From UHGV virus genome UHGV-0343432: a stretch of DNA of 64,000 bases; one strand, written 5' to 3'. Every line of letters begins with the position of its first letter. The first letter of the stretch is position 1. Below are positions 18,110-26,529 of the stretch, piece after piece. Origin of the DNA: a virus. Made by a program: the position numbers and the translations under genes. The notes under the pieces were generated by a model, which had not been told where the DNA came from, made no database searches, and saw nothing but the letters and a program-made list of their open reading frames with translations.

Positions 18110-18574
18110 TTATACTTTATCCCGCCTAATATTAGCGGATACTGTTTGCATTAACATAGATCTTTGCTCGAAAGCTCGTACACATACTTCAAGTATGTCA
18201 ACATCTGCACTCACTGCTAAGAATTTCTTGTAATCATCCTGATACTCCTTGCTTTTATATACCATGGCTTCAGCTAAATCATTGGCCATTTTCTCTTGGC
18301 TTTTGTATTGGGAGAAGAGTCGGGACCTTGTCTTCTCAAGAATCCTTTCTCTCTCCCTCTTTAATACTAAAGCTTTTTTATGTAACATGGCAATAAAGGC
18401 ATAGTGATTAGGCTGATCCTTCAACTCCGAGTTAACTGAGTCATTATCGAATGAGAGTTCATCTTTGAGATTAAAAACTATCCTCTCATCTCCCAAGTTA
18501 ATATCCACTACAGTTATACTCGTGTTTGTTTCCCAATATTTTAACTTCTTTATCTTCCTTAGGTTAACAGCCAT
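18110..18574 (-). CDS. hypothetical protein (position is compatible with a recombination mediator or helicase loader)
   Basis: 154-aa ORF between the SSB-like and ligase genes. No motif recognised. Confidence 0.4.
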   Translation of the reverse strand: MAVNLRKIKKLKYWETNTSITVVDINLGDERIVFNLKDELSFDNDSVNSELKDQPNHYAFIAMLHKKALVLKRERERILEKTRSRLFSQYKSQEKMANDLAEAMVYKSKEYQDDYKKFLAVSADVDILEVCVRAFEQRSMLMQTVSANIRRDKV

Positions 18575-18606
18575 ACCATTTTTATTTTAATTAGTACCAG
18601 ACCAAG

Positions 18607-19959
18607 TTATAAATCCCTCTTTTCCTTGTAGATAGTTTTTATGGTTGGGAATCTCAAACTTATGTTACCCAACTTATTGGTCGTCTCCTCGAAATACTTA
18701 ACAGTAGCCCATTTCCCAATAATCAATTTAGGATTCTTAAACCACTTCTTCCTATCTTCAATGGTATACCCAGAACCAACTGATACCCTGAAACCCTTAT
18801 GCTCAATGATAAGGTTAGTTACCATGTCTTCCACTCTCCTTTTCTTAATGGGTCTACCCTGGTTATCTAAGGAATCATAGTAATAAGTGAATGGTCCTGT
18901 CTCCACATCAAGTATTTGGTACTCAGCGTCATCAAATTTCTTCATCTTTAGAACTACATCGGTTTTTATTCCCTTGTACCCGGCATTTTTATGGATTACT
19001 AATCCCTCCCATCCCTTACTGTTGGCATCTTCAAACTCTTTCAAAAGAGAATCCATATCCTCTACTTTATGTTGTTCAAGCATAAAGATATGTGGGTATT
19101 CCATCATCTTCAAATCCTCTTCTAATTGAGCTAACCTCTCAGTAAATGGCCTGGTTCCCTTAGCTGAGTTGTGTTCTTCCCAAGTAACATAATCGTATAC
19201 TGCATAATGGGGTTCAGGGATAGTGTAATCCTTTTTCTTTACATCTCCAACTACCTTTTGAAAATCCTCGTTACCATCTGAACCAATTAAGAATACCTCT
19301 CCCACTAATACCATGTTACGGATACCAGATTCTTTAATGGCATCCTTCAATACTTGTAGAGTTGTAAACTCATTACCCTCTCTTGAGTATGTCCTTGCAA
19401 CTCCTTTCCCATCCACGAAAGTTTCACATCTAACTCCATCCAATTTTCTTGACCAAAGCCAAAGATCTTTCTTGAAGTCCAATTTATTCTGGTAGTCAAA
19501 GAAATTCTTGGCTCTGGTTATAGAGAATTGTGGAATGAGGTTTCTCTTCATCGTGGTGAAGTATGCAGCATTTATATTGGCTACGTTAATTCCCTGTTTC
19601 AACCCCTTGTCAAGGATACATAATAGAGTATCTGCATAAGCTGGATACTTATCCAACATATTAATGCACCTGTAAAGTGCATTGTGACCAGTTAATCTCC
19701 TACTACATAAATCTCTAAACAAGTCGTATATAGAGTAATCTTCTGGTAAATCTCCATTCGGGTCATGAGTATATTTAAACTTCTCTATCCCTTTCTTGGT
19801 AACTCCAAATTTTTTGAAAGGGTTGTAGGTCCACCAGAGTAGTTTCCTACATTCTGGATACCTTAACAGGACATTGGTTTTGACCGAGGCAGTATTTGTC
19901 TGCCTTAGGTCATCCACCAATCCTTCCAAACTATCTAATAATTTCTCATTGTAATCCAT
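18607..19959 (-). CDS. ATP-dependent DNA ligase
   Basis: Motif I at SRKLDGVRC (KxDG). Motif IV-like at EGLVIHK. Motif V-like at MVLVGEVF. A K-rich motif at VVLKMKKF. Confidence 0.7.
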   Translation of the reverse strand: MDYNEKLLDSLEGLVDDLRQTNTASVKTNVLLRYPECRKLLWWTYNPFKKFGVTKKGIEKFKYTHDPNGDLPEDYSIYDLFRDLCSRRLTGHNALYRCINMLDKYPAYADTLLCILDKGLKQGINVANINAAYFTTMKRNLIPQFSITRAKNFFDYQNKLDFKKDLWLWSRKLDGVRCETFVDGKGVARTYSREGNEFTTLQVLKDAIKESGIRNMVLVGEVFLIGSDGNEDFQKVVGDVKKKDYTIPEPHYAVYDYVTWEEHNSAKGTRPFTERLAQLEEDLKMMEYPHIFMLEQHKVEDMDSLLKEFEDANSKGWEGLVIHKNAGYKGIKTDVVLKMKKFDDAEYQILDVETGPFTYYYDSLDNQGRPIKKRRVEDMVTNLIIEHKGFRVSVGSGYTIEDRKKWFKNPKLIIGKWATVKYFEETTNKLGNISLRFPTIKTIYKEKRDL

Positions 19960-19974
19960 GATAAATATTTTATT

Positions 19975-20015
19975 TATTGCAAATATAATATCCCATTATC
20001 TCCCATGCAATTCTC
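19975..20015 (-). promoter_or_regulatory. conserved promoter cassette variant upstream of the ligase, overlapping the 3' end of the polymerase gene
   Basis: ttgcaaatataatatccc...cccatgcaattc. The -7 element is TATATTTGCAA. The -33 element is degenerate (TTGC). Confidence 0.45.
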
Positions 20016-23000
20016 GAGTTTCCTTATTTTCCCACCAGTATGGAGTGTAACATTCCTTGTATACTTCTGAGTAATCAGTACCCCTCTCATATCCCCTCAA
20101 CTTTGACCATCTTAAACCCAACTCGAAATCAACTGCCATAGTAATACCTTTCAACTTAAACCCAAAGTATTTTTGAGTATCTGGGTCCCTACATATATCG
20201 AATAACTGGTCTACCACTTTGTCATTCATATCTTTCGGGTCAAGATAGAACATAAGAGAGTCATGTATTGTCCCAATTTGCTCGATAGAAGATGGAAGTT
20301 CTCCCCTCATGATTTTCTCCCTAATAAGTATACTAGAAAACAATGCGAAATCCGAAGCAGTTCCTTGGATAGGAGCATTTATGGCATCTCGTAACGCTTT
20401 TGCGTGTTTACCTCTATCTCTCTTATTTTTAGCATCTGGTAACCTTCTTTTCCTACCAAACGGAGATAATACATATCCATGTTTCTCAGCAAACTTCATT
20501 TGTTTATTGACAAACCTTTTAACGCCCGGGAAAATCTCAAACCATTCTTCCAAGAACTCAAGAGCTTCTTCCTTCGTAGCTTTATGTTTATCGGTTGATA
20601 GGGATTCTTTCAAATGATTTGGTCCCTGTTGATACAAGATACCAAATCCAATTGTCTTGGCTTGTTTTCTCTTCACTTTCCACTCCTTGTAATTTGGGTC
20701 ATCCTCGTTAGAGTAAATCTTATTTATCTCATCGTAATCCTCTCCATATTTCTTACAAGCAGTAGCCAAGTGTATGTCATGACCAACTCTAAACCATTCC
20801 AACATCTGCTTATCCTGAGACCAACCTGCAACTACCCGGAACTCTGCTGCTGAATAGTCAAGCTGCATCATAACCTTTCCTGGAGGGCATACAAACATTT
20901 GCTTAATGTCACTTGCCGTAGTATCTCGTGGCATATTCTGCAAGTTCGGATTCCGACTGCTAAGTCTCCCCGTGACCGTATTGCAACTCACATAATTAGA
21001 GCGAGTTACATAACTATGCTTATCATTTACTGATAAATCCATGATGGTCTTCTTACCTATATACTCTACCCTAATCTTAGTTAAGTATATGTATTTCCAT
21101 GATTCACCATTTATAACCCTTCTTACTTGAGCTTGTGATATCCCATACTTTTCAACTATTTGCCCTTGTGTCAATCCCTCTCTATGGTCTAACAATATTT
21201 GTCCAACAGTTTGAGTATCCAATACTGTCTTCCCATTGATAGCTCCGTTAGTAAATGCAGTTCTGGTATTCTTATAGGCACGTTTTGTATTCTCTGAGTA
21301 AGTGATACATTGTAAGTTCTCTGGGATATTATTTAGCGGGTTACAATCTATGTGGTCTATCACATACCCATCTGGTATACTGGCATTATTAAATGCTGAC
21401 CATACTAACCTTGATACTGGTAACATCTTTTTTATCCCAGTGCCATTCCTTAACCCCACTCTACTATGTAACCTATTACCAGATTTCTGTACCCTAGGTA
21501 CCATCTCATGTGGGTTGTTATAGTCTAACATACCTTGAGCACCTGGTATTTTTACTGAGAATATTTTACCTTCAGACGATGCTAAATAACCAGGCCAATT
21601 TGGGATTTCTTTAAATACCACTTCTCCATATTTCTTACCCACTTCTACAGGCTGTATATCTAACCTGGATACATCATGCATGATAACATCCAAGTCATAT
21701 TTAGCTATCTTCCAAATGGGTTTAAAACCACGTGGAGTAAGTAATTTATGGTATTTCGTACACTCAAGAACATCTCCCCTATCTGTAGTTACCCTGTAAG
21801 TATCCAGTACTCCCTTGTTTATAGTATGAGTTACCTGTTCCCAAGTTCCAGCATGAGTTAATACATAGATATTATCTTTTACCACATCTTTTACCCCCAC
21901 CTCTTTTGGAGCTATATCACCTATAACTATATCCCTTTCTTTTCCTACCAAAACCGTATCCTCAGTTACGCAACCATGGATAAGGAATGAACCATGAAGA
22001 GTGTTATCTGGGTTAAGTACATCCCTTATACCTACAATATAAGTGGAGTATAACTTGGTCATCTCTCGATACTTTAACAGAGTATCTATAAACCCAGTCT
22101 CATCCTTCTCCCTTAACTCGAGTAATACATCTTCACTCGTTGCTGGGTTATTGGTTGGTTTCTTGGTTTTCTTATCCTCTGTATACTTTATTATTGGTAG
22201 CTTCAACCCATACCTGTTATAATATAAAAAGTCAATGAGTTGTTTCACTGACTTTAGATTTAGTGGTTCAAGGGTTTTCTGGTCACTCTTGGTTATACCA
22301 ACTCCGGCTGAGTAATTATCATACTTCTTTTGTAGGTTAGCGATACTCCTTTGCAAGCTGCTAGCTTTACGTTTATCTTCAGTCTCATCTAACTCGTTGG
22401 TCTTTATTTCAATTTGTTCTAGAAGGTTACCCAATAGAGCTTTTTTAGCAGCCTTTAGTCTCTTCTTATTATACTTAACGAGAGATGGTACTGAGTACAT
22501 CTTCTTCTCAGCTTCCTCAATCTTTATTTTATAACTCTCCACTAACCCATCAAGGTATGGTCTATCAACCCAGTATCCCCTACTCTCAACTTCTGATAAG
22601 TTATATGAAGCCATCTCCAACAGGTTTCTATACAACTGGTAGAATCCCAGTTCTCTTACCCTACTCTCAAGGTATATAGCTAACCTAAGACAAAGGTCAG
22701 AGTCCAAAGCATTATAGGGTGCAAGTGTTTCAAGAGGTACGTTTGTCCAAAACTTAACCGTATCTTCTGGGGTCCTCTCTGTCTCCTCTCCCTTGATTGA
22801 GTAGTTTGCATACTCGGGAAAAAACGAATAAGCCAGAGATTTCAAATCGTGTGGTCTCTGCTCATTCAATAGGTATTTTAATAACATGGTATCCAAGATA
22901 ACTCCTCTCGGTTTTATACCATATTTAAGCCACCAACCATGCTCGAATTTAAAGTTGTGTGCTACCTTAGTTATCCTATCATTCTGGATTAATTCCCTAC

Positions 23001-23265
23001 CTATATACTTAAGGATCTTCAACCACTTATTCCCCTTTTTATTTGGTGAATCTTTGTGGGCTAAAGGTATAACATAGGCATACCCAGGTTGAAAAGCTAT
23101 AGATATACAAGTAGGGAACCCATTAGGATTTGAACTATGGTGACCAGATGTCTCATAGTCATGAGCACAATACCCAGTCACCTTGCAGTACTCGACAACT
23201 TTCTTCACATCAGCCATGGTAATGGCATAACTGAAGTGATAATTATCTAGTACCGACTTGTTCAT
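19996..23265 (-). CDS. family-A DNA polymerase (Pol I-like, with 3'-5' exonuclease) interrupted by an intein
   Basis: Exo I motif at AHDYETSG. Pol A motifs TGRLSSRNPNLQNMP, DYSAAEFRV and the motif-C region GTIHDS. The total is 1089 aa including an insert of about 330 aa. Confidence 0.85.
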   Translation of the reverse strand: MNKSVLDNYHFSYAITMADVKKVVEYCKVTGYCAHDYETSGHHSSNPNGFPTCISIAFQPGYAYVIPLAHKDSPNKKGNKWLKILKYIGRELIQNDRITKVAHNFKFEHGWWLKYGIKPRGVILDTMLLKYLLNEQRPHDLKSLAYSFFPEYANYSIKGEETERTPEDTVKFWTNVPLETLAPYNALDSDLCLRLAIYLESRVRELGFYQLYRNLLEMASYNLSEVESRGYWVDRPYLDGLVESYKIKIEEAEKKMYSVPSLVKYNKKRLKAAKKALLGNLLEQIEIKTNELDETEDKRKASSLQRSIANLQKKYDNYSAGVGITKSDQKTLEPLNLKSVKQLIDFLYYNRYGLKLPIIKYTEDKKTKKPTNNPATSEDVLLELREKDETGFIDTLLKYREMTKLYSTYIVGIRDVLNPDNTLHGSFLIHGCVTEDTVLVGKERDIVIGDIAPKEVGVKDVVKDNIYVLTHAGTWEQVTHTINKGVLDTYRVTTDRGDVLECTKYHKLLTPRGFKPIWKIAKYDLDVIMHDVSRLDIQPVEVGKKYGEVVFKEIPNWPGYLASSEGKIFSVKIPGAQGMLDYNNPHEMVPRVQKSGNRLHSRVGLRNGTGIKKMLPVSRLVWSAFNNASIPDGYVIDHIDCNPLNNIPENLQCITYSENTKRAYKNTRTAFTNGAINGKTVLDTQTVGQILLDHREGLTQGQIVEKYGISQAQVRRVINGESWKYIYLTKIRVEYIGKKTIMDLSVNDKHSYVTRSNYVSCNTVTGRLSSRNPNLQNMPRDTTASDIKQMFVCPPGKVMMQLDYSAAEFRVVAGWSQDKQMLEWFRVGHDIHLATACKKYGEDYDEINKIYSNEDDPNYKEWKVKRKQAKTIGFGILYQQGPNHLKESLSTDKHKATKEEALEFLEEWFEIFPGVKRFVNKQMKFAEKHGYVLSPFGRKRRLPDAKNKRDRGKHAKALRDAINAPIQGTASDFALFSSILIREKIMRGELPSSIEQIGTIHDSLMFYLDPKDMNDKVVDQLFDICRDPDTQKYFGFKLKGITMAVDFELGLRWSKLRGYERGTDYSEVYKECYTPYWWENKETRELHGR
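20980..21972 (-). mobile_element. HNH-type intein inside the polymerase (residues ~432-762)
   Basis: The insert begins with Cys (CVTEDTVLV, intein block A) immediately before the conserved T(V)TGRLSS segment. It contains HNH motifs HIDCNPLNN...NL and an HTH (GLTQGQIVEKYGISQAQVRR). Intein block F is at MDLSVNDKHSYV and the terminal residues are ...SCN followed by +1 Thr. Confidence 0.55.
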
Positions 23266-24028
23266 CTCTTATACAATTTTTAAGTATGTTCCAATCTTTC
23301 CTGTACGAGTGGAGAGATGCAATGTTATGGTATAAGTAACCCTGTTTGAGTTCTCTTAAACCTTTTGACCTGAGTACTTCTCGTATGTACTCTTTCAGTT
23401 GCCAAGCTAACCATACATCATTCCCGAAATGAGTTACTACATCGGCTGAACGTTGGTTGTATATCAGGTGTACCTGTTGGTTACGGATAATTACCTGATA
23501 ATACATGGAGCAAGGTACTCTCTTCCTTCCACCTATATATGCTCCATCCTTCTCCAAATCCCATACAGGAATAATTCCCTGACGAGTATCAGGGTTTCTG
23601 AGTAACTCATTGATGACTCTCTGTAAATTACCAATGGCATCTTCTGACTCATCACCTGGACAGAAGTTCAATCTCTCCCCATAGGCGTAATCAAACTTAC
23701 CATTTACCAAGAACTCTTCCCAAATCTCTTTTCGGATTTTCCAAGCTTCACCAGGATTTAAACCTTTCGGGTCAACTCTCTCGTTAAACTCTGCAATAGC
23801 CCATTTCTTTGTTGACTCGATAGCAGTCTGGGTACCATTGAATAGATACTCTTCCTGGCCCAATGTCAATAGGCAATACGAGTAATTTAATATCTCCTTT
23901 GTCTCATAGTTAATGTCCCCCTCGATATTCTTGTTTTGCATGGATTTGGGAGTAACTATAGCACTCATCTCGTAGACATCCCTCCTTACCTCTGACATCA
24001 ATTCATAACAGTCGTCAAATACTCTCAT
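23243..24028 (-). CDS. thymidylate synthase-fold protein, probably a pyrimidine (dCMP/dUMP) hydroxymethylase rather than a canonical ThyA
   Basis: LLRNPDTRQGIIPVWD matches ThyA LKNDPDSRRIIVSAWN. The catalytic-Cys segment is VPCSMYYQ, where the His of the PCH motif is replaced by Ser. The downstream segment is YNQRSADVVTHFGNDVW, with Asp at or next to the specificity Asn position. Confidence 0.5.
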   Translation of the reverse strand: MRVFDDCYELMSEVRRDVYEMSAIVTPKSMQNKNIEGDINYETKEILNYSYCLLTLGQEEYLFNGTQTAIESTKKWAIAEFNERVDPKGLNPGEAWKIRKEIWEEFLVNGKFDYAYGERLNFCPGDESEDAIGNLQRVINELLRNPDTRQGIIPVWDLEKDGAYIGGRKRVPCSMYYQVIIRNQQVHLIYNQRSADVVTHFGNDVWLAWQLKEYIREVLRSKGLRELKQGYLYHNIASLHSYRKDWNILKNCIRDEQVGTR

Positions 24029-24560
24029 TTACATTTTGTTTTAGTGTTCTTAAATATCTTTCATTTTCCCTAATTTTCTTATAGGTTTTCTTTACACACC
24101 CACTTGATACTCCCCAATCCCTAGCTATCTGAGCCATACTTATACCTTGTTTTACTAATTCTGGTATCATCAGCCTCTGTTTATCTGATAACCTTGATAC
24201 CTTACTCTTCTCCCCAAACTTATTATATCCCGGGTGTTCTTCTCCAAATACTTTCTTCTCAAGTCCTAATTTATAAGCATGAGTAGTATTCTGAGAATAC
24301 GTTACCCATTCAAGGTTAGTGGATACATTATTTTTCTTATTACCATCCTTGTGATTTACACAAGGATAATTATTGGGATTAGGTATAAATGCTAAGGCAA
24401 CTAACCTATGAACAAATACCCTTACTTTACCCTTAAAACTAACACGTAGATATCCACATGAATTTTCTTTAGGTACCATCAACTCCCCCTTATCCTTATT
24501 AAATACTTTACCAGTATCTGATATCTCTAAGTTAGGATATTTGTCCAAGGTTCTCCACAT
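24015..24560 (-). mobile_element. free-standing HNH homing endonuclease (HNH_3 + HTH)
   Basis: HNH motifs VHRLVALAF...NHKDGNKKNNVSTNLEW...SQN. C-terminal HTH at GISMAQIARDWGVSSGCVKK. Wedged between the ThyA-fold and GroES genes. Confidence 0.65.
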
Positions 24561-24563
24561 GGC

Positions 24564-24908
24564 TTACTCCTCCACTTTTTCGATTGTCCCCCAAACATCA
24601 ATGTCAGAGATAAGTTTAAAAGCTTTAGCTTCCTTTACCTCTTCATTAACCCTTGTCTTCATTTTCAGGTTCATCTCGCAACCTGAGAAGTGAGAGAAGA
24701 TAACTGTATCACCGATGTTGTAATCAGTTACAGCATCTCCTTTTCTCACTACCTCTCCAATAACTGGTTTACCATCTTGAGTATTACCCGGGATAATGAT
24801 ACCAGATTTTAATTTCTCATCTCCCCCGATAACCTCTACAAGGAGCTTACTCGCTCCCACCTTTGTAATGTTTACATTGTCTCTGATTAATGAAATTTTC
24901 TTTTCCAT
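24564..24908 (-). CDS. GroES-like co-chaperonin (T4 gp31 analog)
   Basis: 114 aa. KSGIIIPGNTQDGKPVIGEVVRKGDAV...IGDTVIF matches the GroES mobile-loop/beta-barrel pattern (SAGGIVLTGSAA..GEVLAVG...GD.V.F). Confidence 0.6.
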   Translation of the reverse strand: MEKKISLIRDNVNITKVGASKLLVEVIGGDEKLKSGIIIPGNTQDGKPVIGEVVRKGDAVTDYNIGDTVIFSHFSGCEMNLKMKTRVNEEVKEAKAFKLISDIDVWGTIEKVEE

Positions 24909-24956
24909 ATCTTTAGTATTAATTTTAATTGAATAGTACTCAACATGTTAGTGGGT

Positions 24957-25769
24957 TTATTGACCTGGTAGTTTGCAATCCTTAGCAAGTGTTTTCAATT
25001 TTGCTTTAAAACCAATGAACCCATCCTTAGCTATTAACTGCCTACATATCCTTATATGGACCTTATATTTCAGGCTCTCTGCATAATCGGGGTCAGAGAA
25101 TTTTTCTAATAGCTCCAACATTTTTTTGGTTACGTCATTCTCTTTCCCTTTCAATAGCTTATGGAGATCTTTGTGGATATGATATCCAGTTAATAACTCG
25201 ATAGATGACCACATATTCCCACAGAATAAAGTAACTGCCAGGTCTACTCCCTCTCCATAGATATACTCACCCATTCTCTGGATAAGTAAGAAGTCAAATA
25301 TCAACCTCTTGGTTACTTCTGATGACCTGATGTTAACGACCATCCTTCTAGTATCATCCTTGTGTCTCCTTTGGAATACCACTGAAAGTAAGCAACCTTT
25401 TCCCGAGTCATGTTGGTTAGTGAACTTATAGGCTATATTATATGAACCAGCATTAGCCCTTTCTTTTGCCTGTATTTGAGATTTTACAAGGTCAAGTTGA
25501 TTAAGGCTAAGGTAGTTCGCTATAAGACGGGTCCATTTTTGCAAGTGGTACCCGAAGAGTTTTGCAAAATCAAATTCAGGGTCTATCCAAGCCTTGTTAA
25601 TATCTATCACCACATTGTATGCAATGAGTTGGGATGATACCCTTATCCCACTTTCCGGTAGTTTATCTGCGTTTAGGAAAAGATACTCATTGATCTTTTC
25701 CCAAGCGTGTTGTGTTGTAGGTGCTGTTAAATAAATCATATTAATATTTTGAGCGGATCCTAAACTCAT
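24957..25769 (-). CDS. divergent second ThyA-fold paralog (non-canonical active-site motifs)
   Basis: SGKGCLLSVVFQ parallels PCHAFFQF. VVNIRSSEV parallels LYQRSCDV. LIFDFLL parallels LPFNIAS. YHIHKD parallels HLYSNH. Collinear with ThyA but with Gly-Cys instead of Pro-Cys. Confidence 0.35.
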   Translation of the reverse strand: MSLGSAQNINMIYLTAPTTQHAWEKINEYLFLNADKLPESGIRVSSQLIAYNVVIDINKAWIDPEFDFAKLFGYHLQKWTRLIANYLSLNQLDLVKSQIQAKERANAGSYNIAYKFTNQHDSGKGCLLSVVFQRRHKDDTRRMVVNIRSSEVTKRLIFDFLLIQRMGEYIYGEGVDLAVTLFCGNMWSSIELLTGYHIHKDLHKLLKGKENDVTKKMLELLEKFSDPDYAESLKYKVHIRICRQLIAKDGFIGFKAKLKTLAKDCKLPGQ

Positions 25770-26526
25770 TTATCTTGTTCTTCTTATAGTAGATATGGTA
25801 AATGCTTCTTGCTGTCATACCCACGAATGCAAAGAACCCAAACATGAACAAGGTACCCTCCATAAGTTTTACCCTGTAAGTTACCTCGTCTGTCATCATC
25901 TGAGTTTGTTTCCAGGGTTTATTCTTCAAGCAATTCCTTGCTATCTGGAATTTGTAGGTTGATCTCCACAATAGTTGGCACATCTTTTGGTCTCTCTCGA
26001 TACCCAGTTGATTACCACCTCTCATGAACTCATCAGTGATTGGTCCATTAATTACCTTGTACCCAGGACAATATACCTTTCCTAGTACTGCCTTCGCCAT
26101 CTGAGCACCCCTTCTCAATAACAGGTCAAGAGTATCATCTTCTGGTTCTGCCTCACAATATTTCCGGATATCTTCTTCCTCTATACCCGAGTAAATCAAT
26201 AACTCAAGCCAGAAGTGAAGAGCATCTGCACATTCTTCATTGAAGTTCTGAAGGAATGGCATCATGTTTGAACGGCTATCCCCTTTTGAGAACATCTCCA
26301 TCAGCTCATCGTAGGACTCATACCCCTCTCCCAGTTCCTCAATCACTCTTCCCACAAAATCCTTGATTAGGGATTGAGATACTTTTAAATTCACATTTAC
26401 CGGGTACTGTGGTAGACCCTCTATCTTGATATAAGAATCAAGCAACACTTTCTGTAACCGATACATCTCAGTTAACCCTTTTCCCAGTGGGTAAACCACT
26501 TCTTCTTTTATGTCCCTTATGTCCAT
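25741..26526 (-). CDS. MazG-like all-alpha NTP pyrophosphohydrolase (candidate dCTPase/dUTPase) with a C-terminal hydrophobic extension
   Basis: ExxE at VIEELGEGYE and E..D at FNEECADALHFWLELL, matching the MazG EExxE / EExxD metal-binding helices. The C-terminus has a hydrophobic segment LFMFGFFAFVGM. Confidence 0.5.
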   Translation of the reverse strand: MDIRDIKEEVVYPLGKGLTEMYRLQKVLLDSYIKIEGLPQYPVNVNLKVSQSLIKDFVGRVIEELGEGYESYDELMEMFSKGDSRSNMMPFLQNFNEECADALHFWLELLIYSGIEEEDIRKYCEAEPEDDTLDLLLRRGAQMAKAVLGKVYCPGYKVINGPITDEFMRGGNQLGIERDQKMCQLLWRSTYKFQIARNCLKNKPWKQTQMMTDEVTYRVKLMEGTLFMFGFFAFVGMTARSIYHIYYKKNKINEFRIRSKY

Positions 26527-26529
26527 AAC

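Noticed and set aside
24957-25769. Possible ThyX (flavin-dependent thymidylate synthase) because of QRRHKDDTRRMVVNIRS.
   Set aside because: The ThyX signature is RHR(X)7-8S. Here it is RHK with different spacing, and the protein is collinear with ThyA instead.
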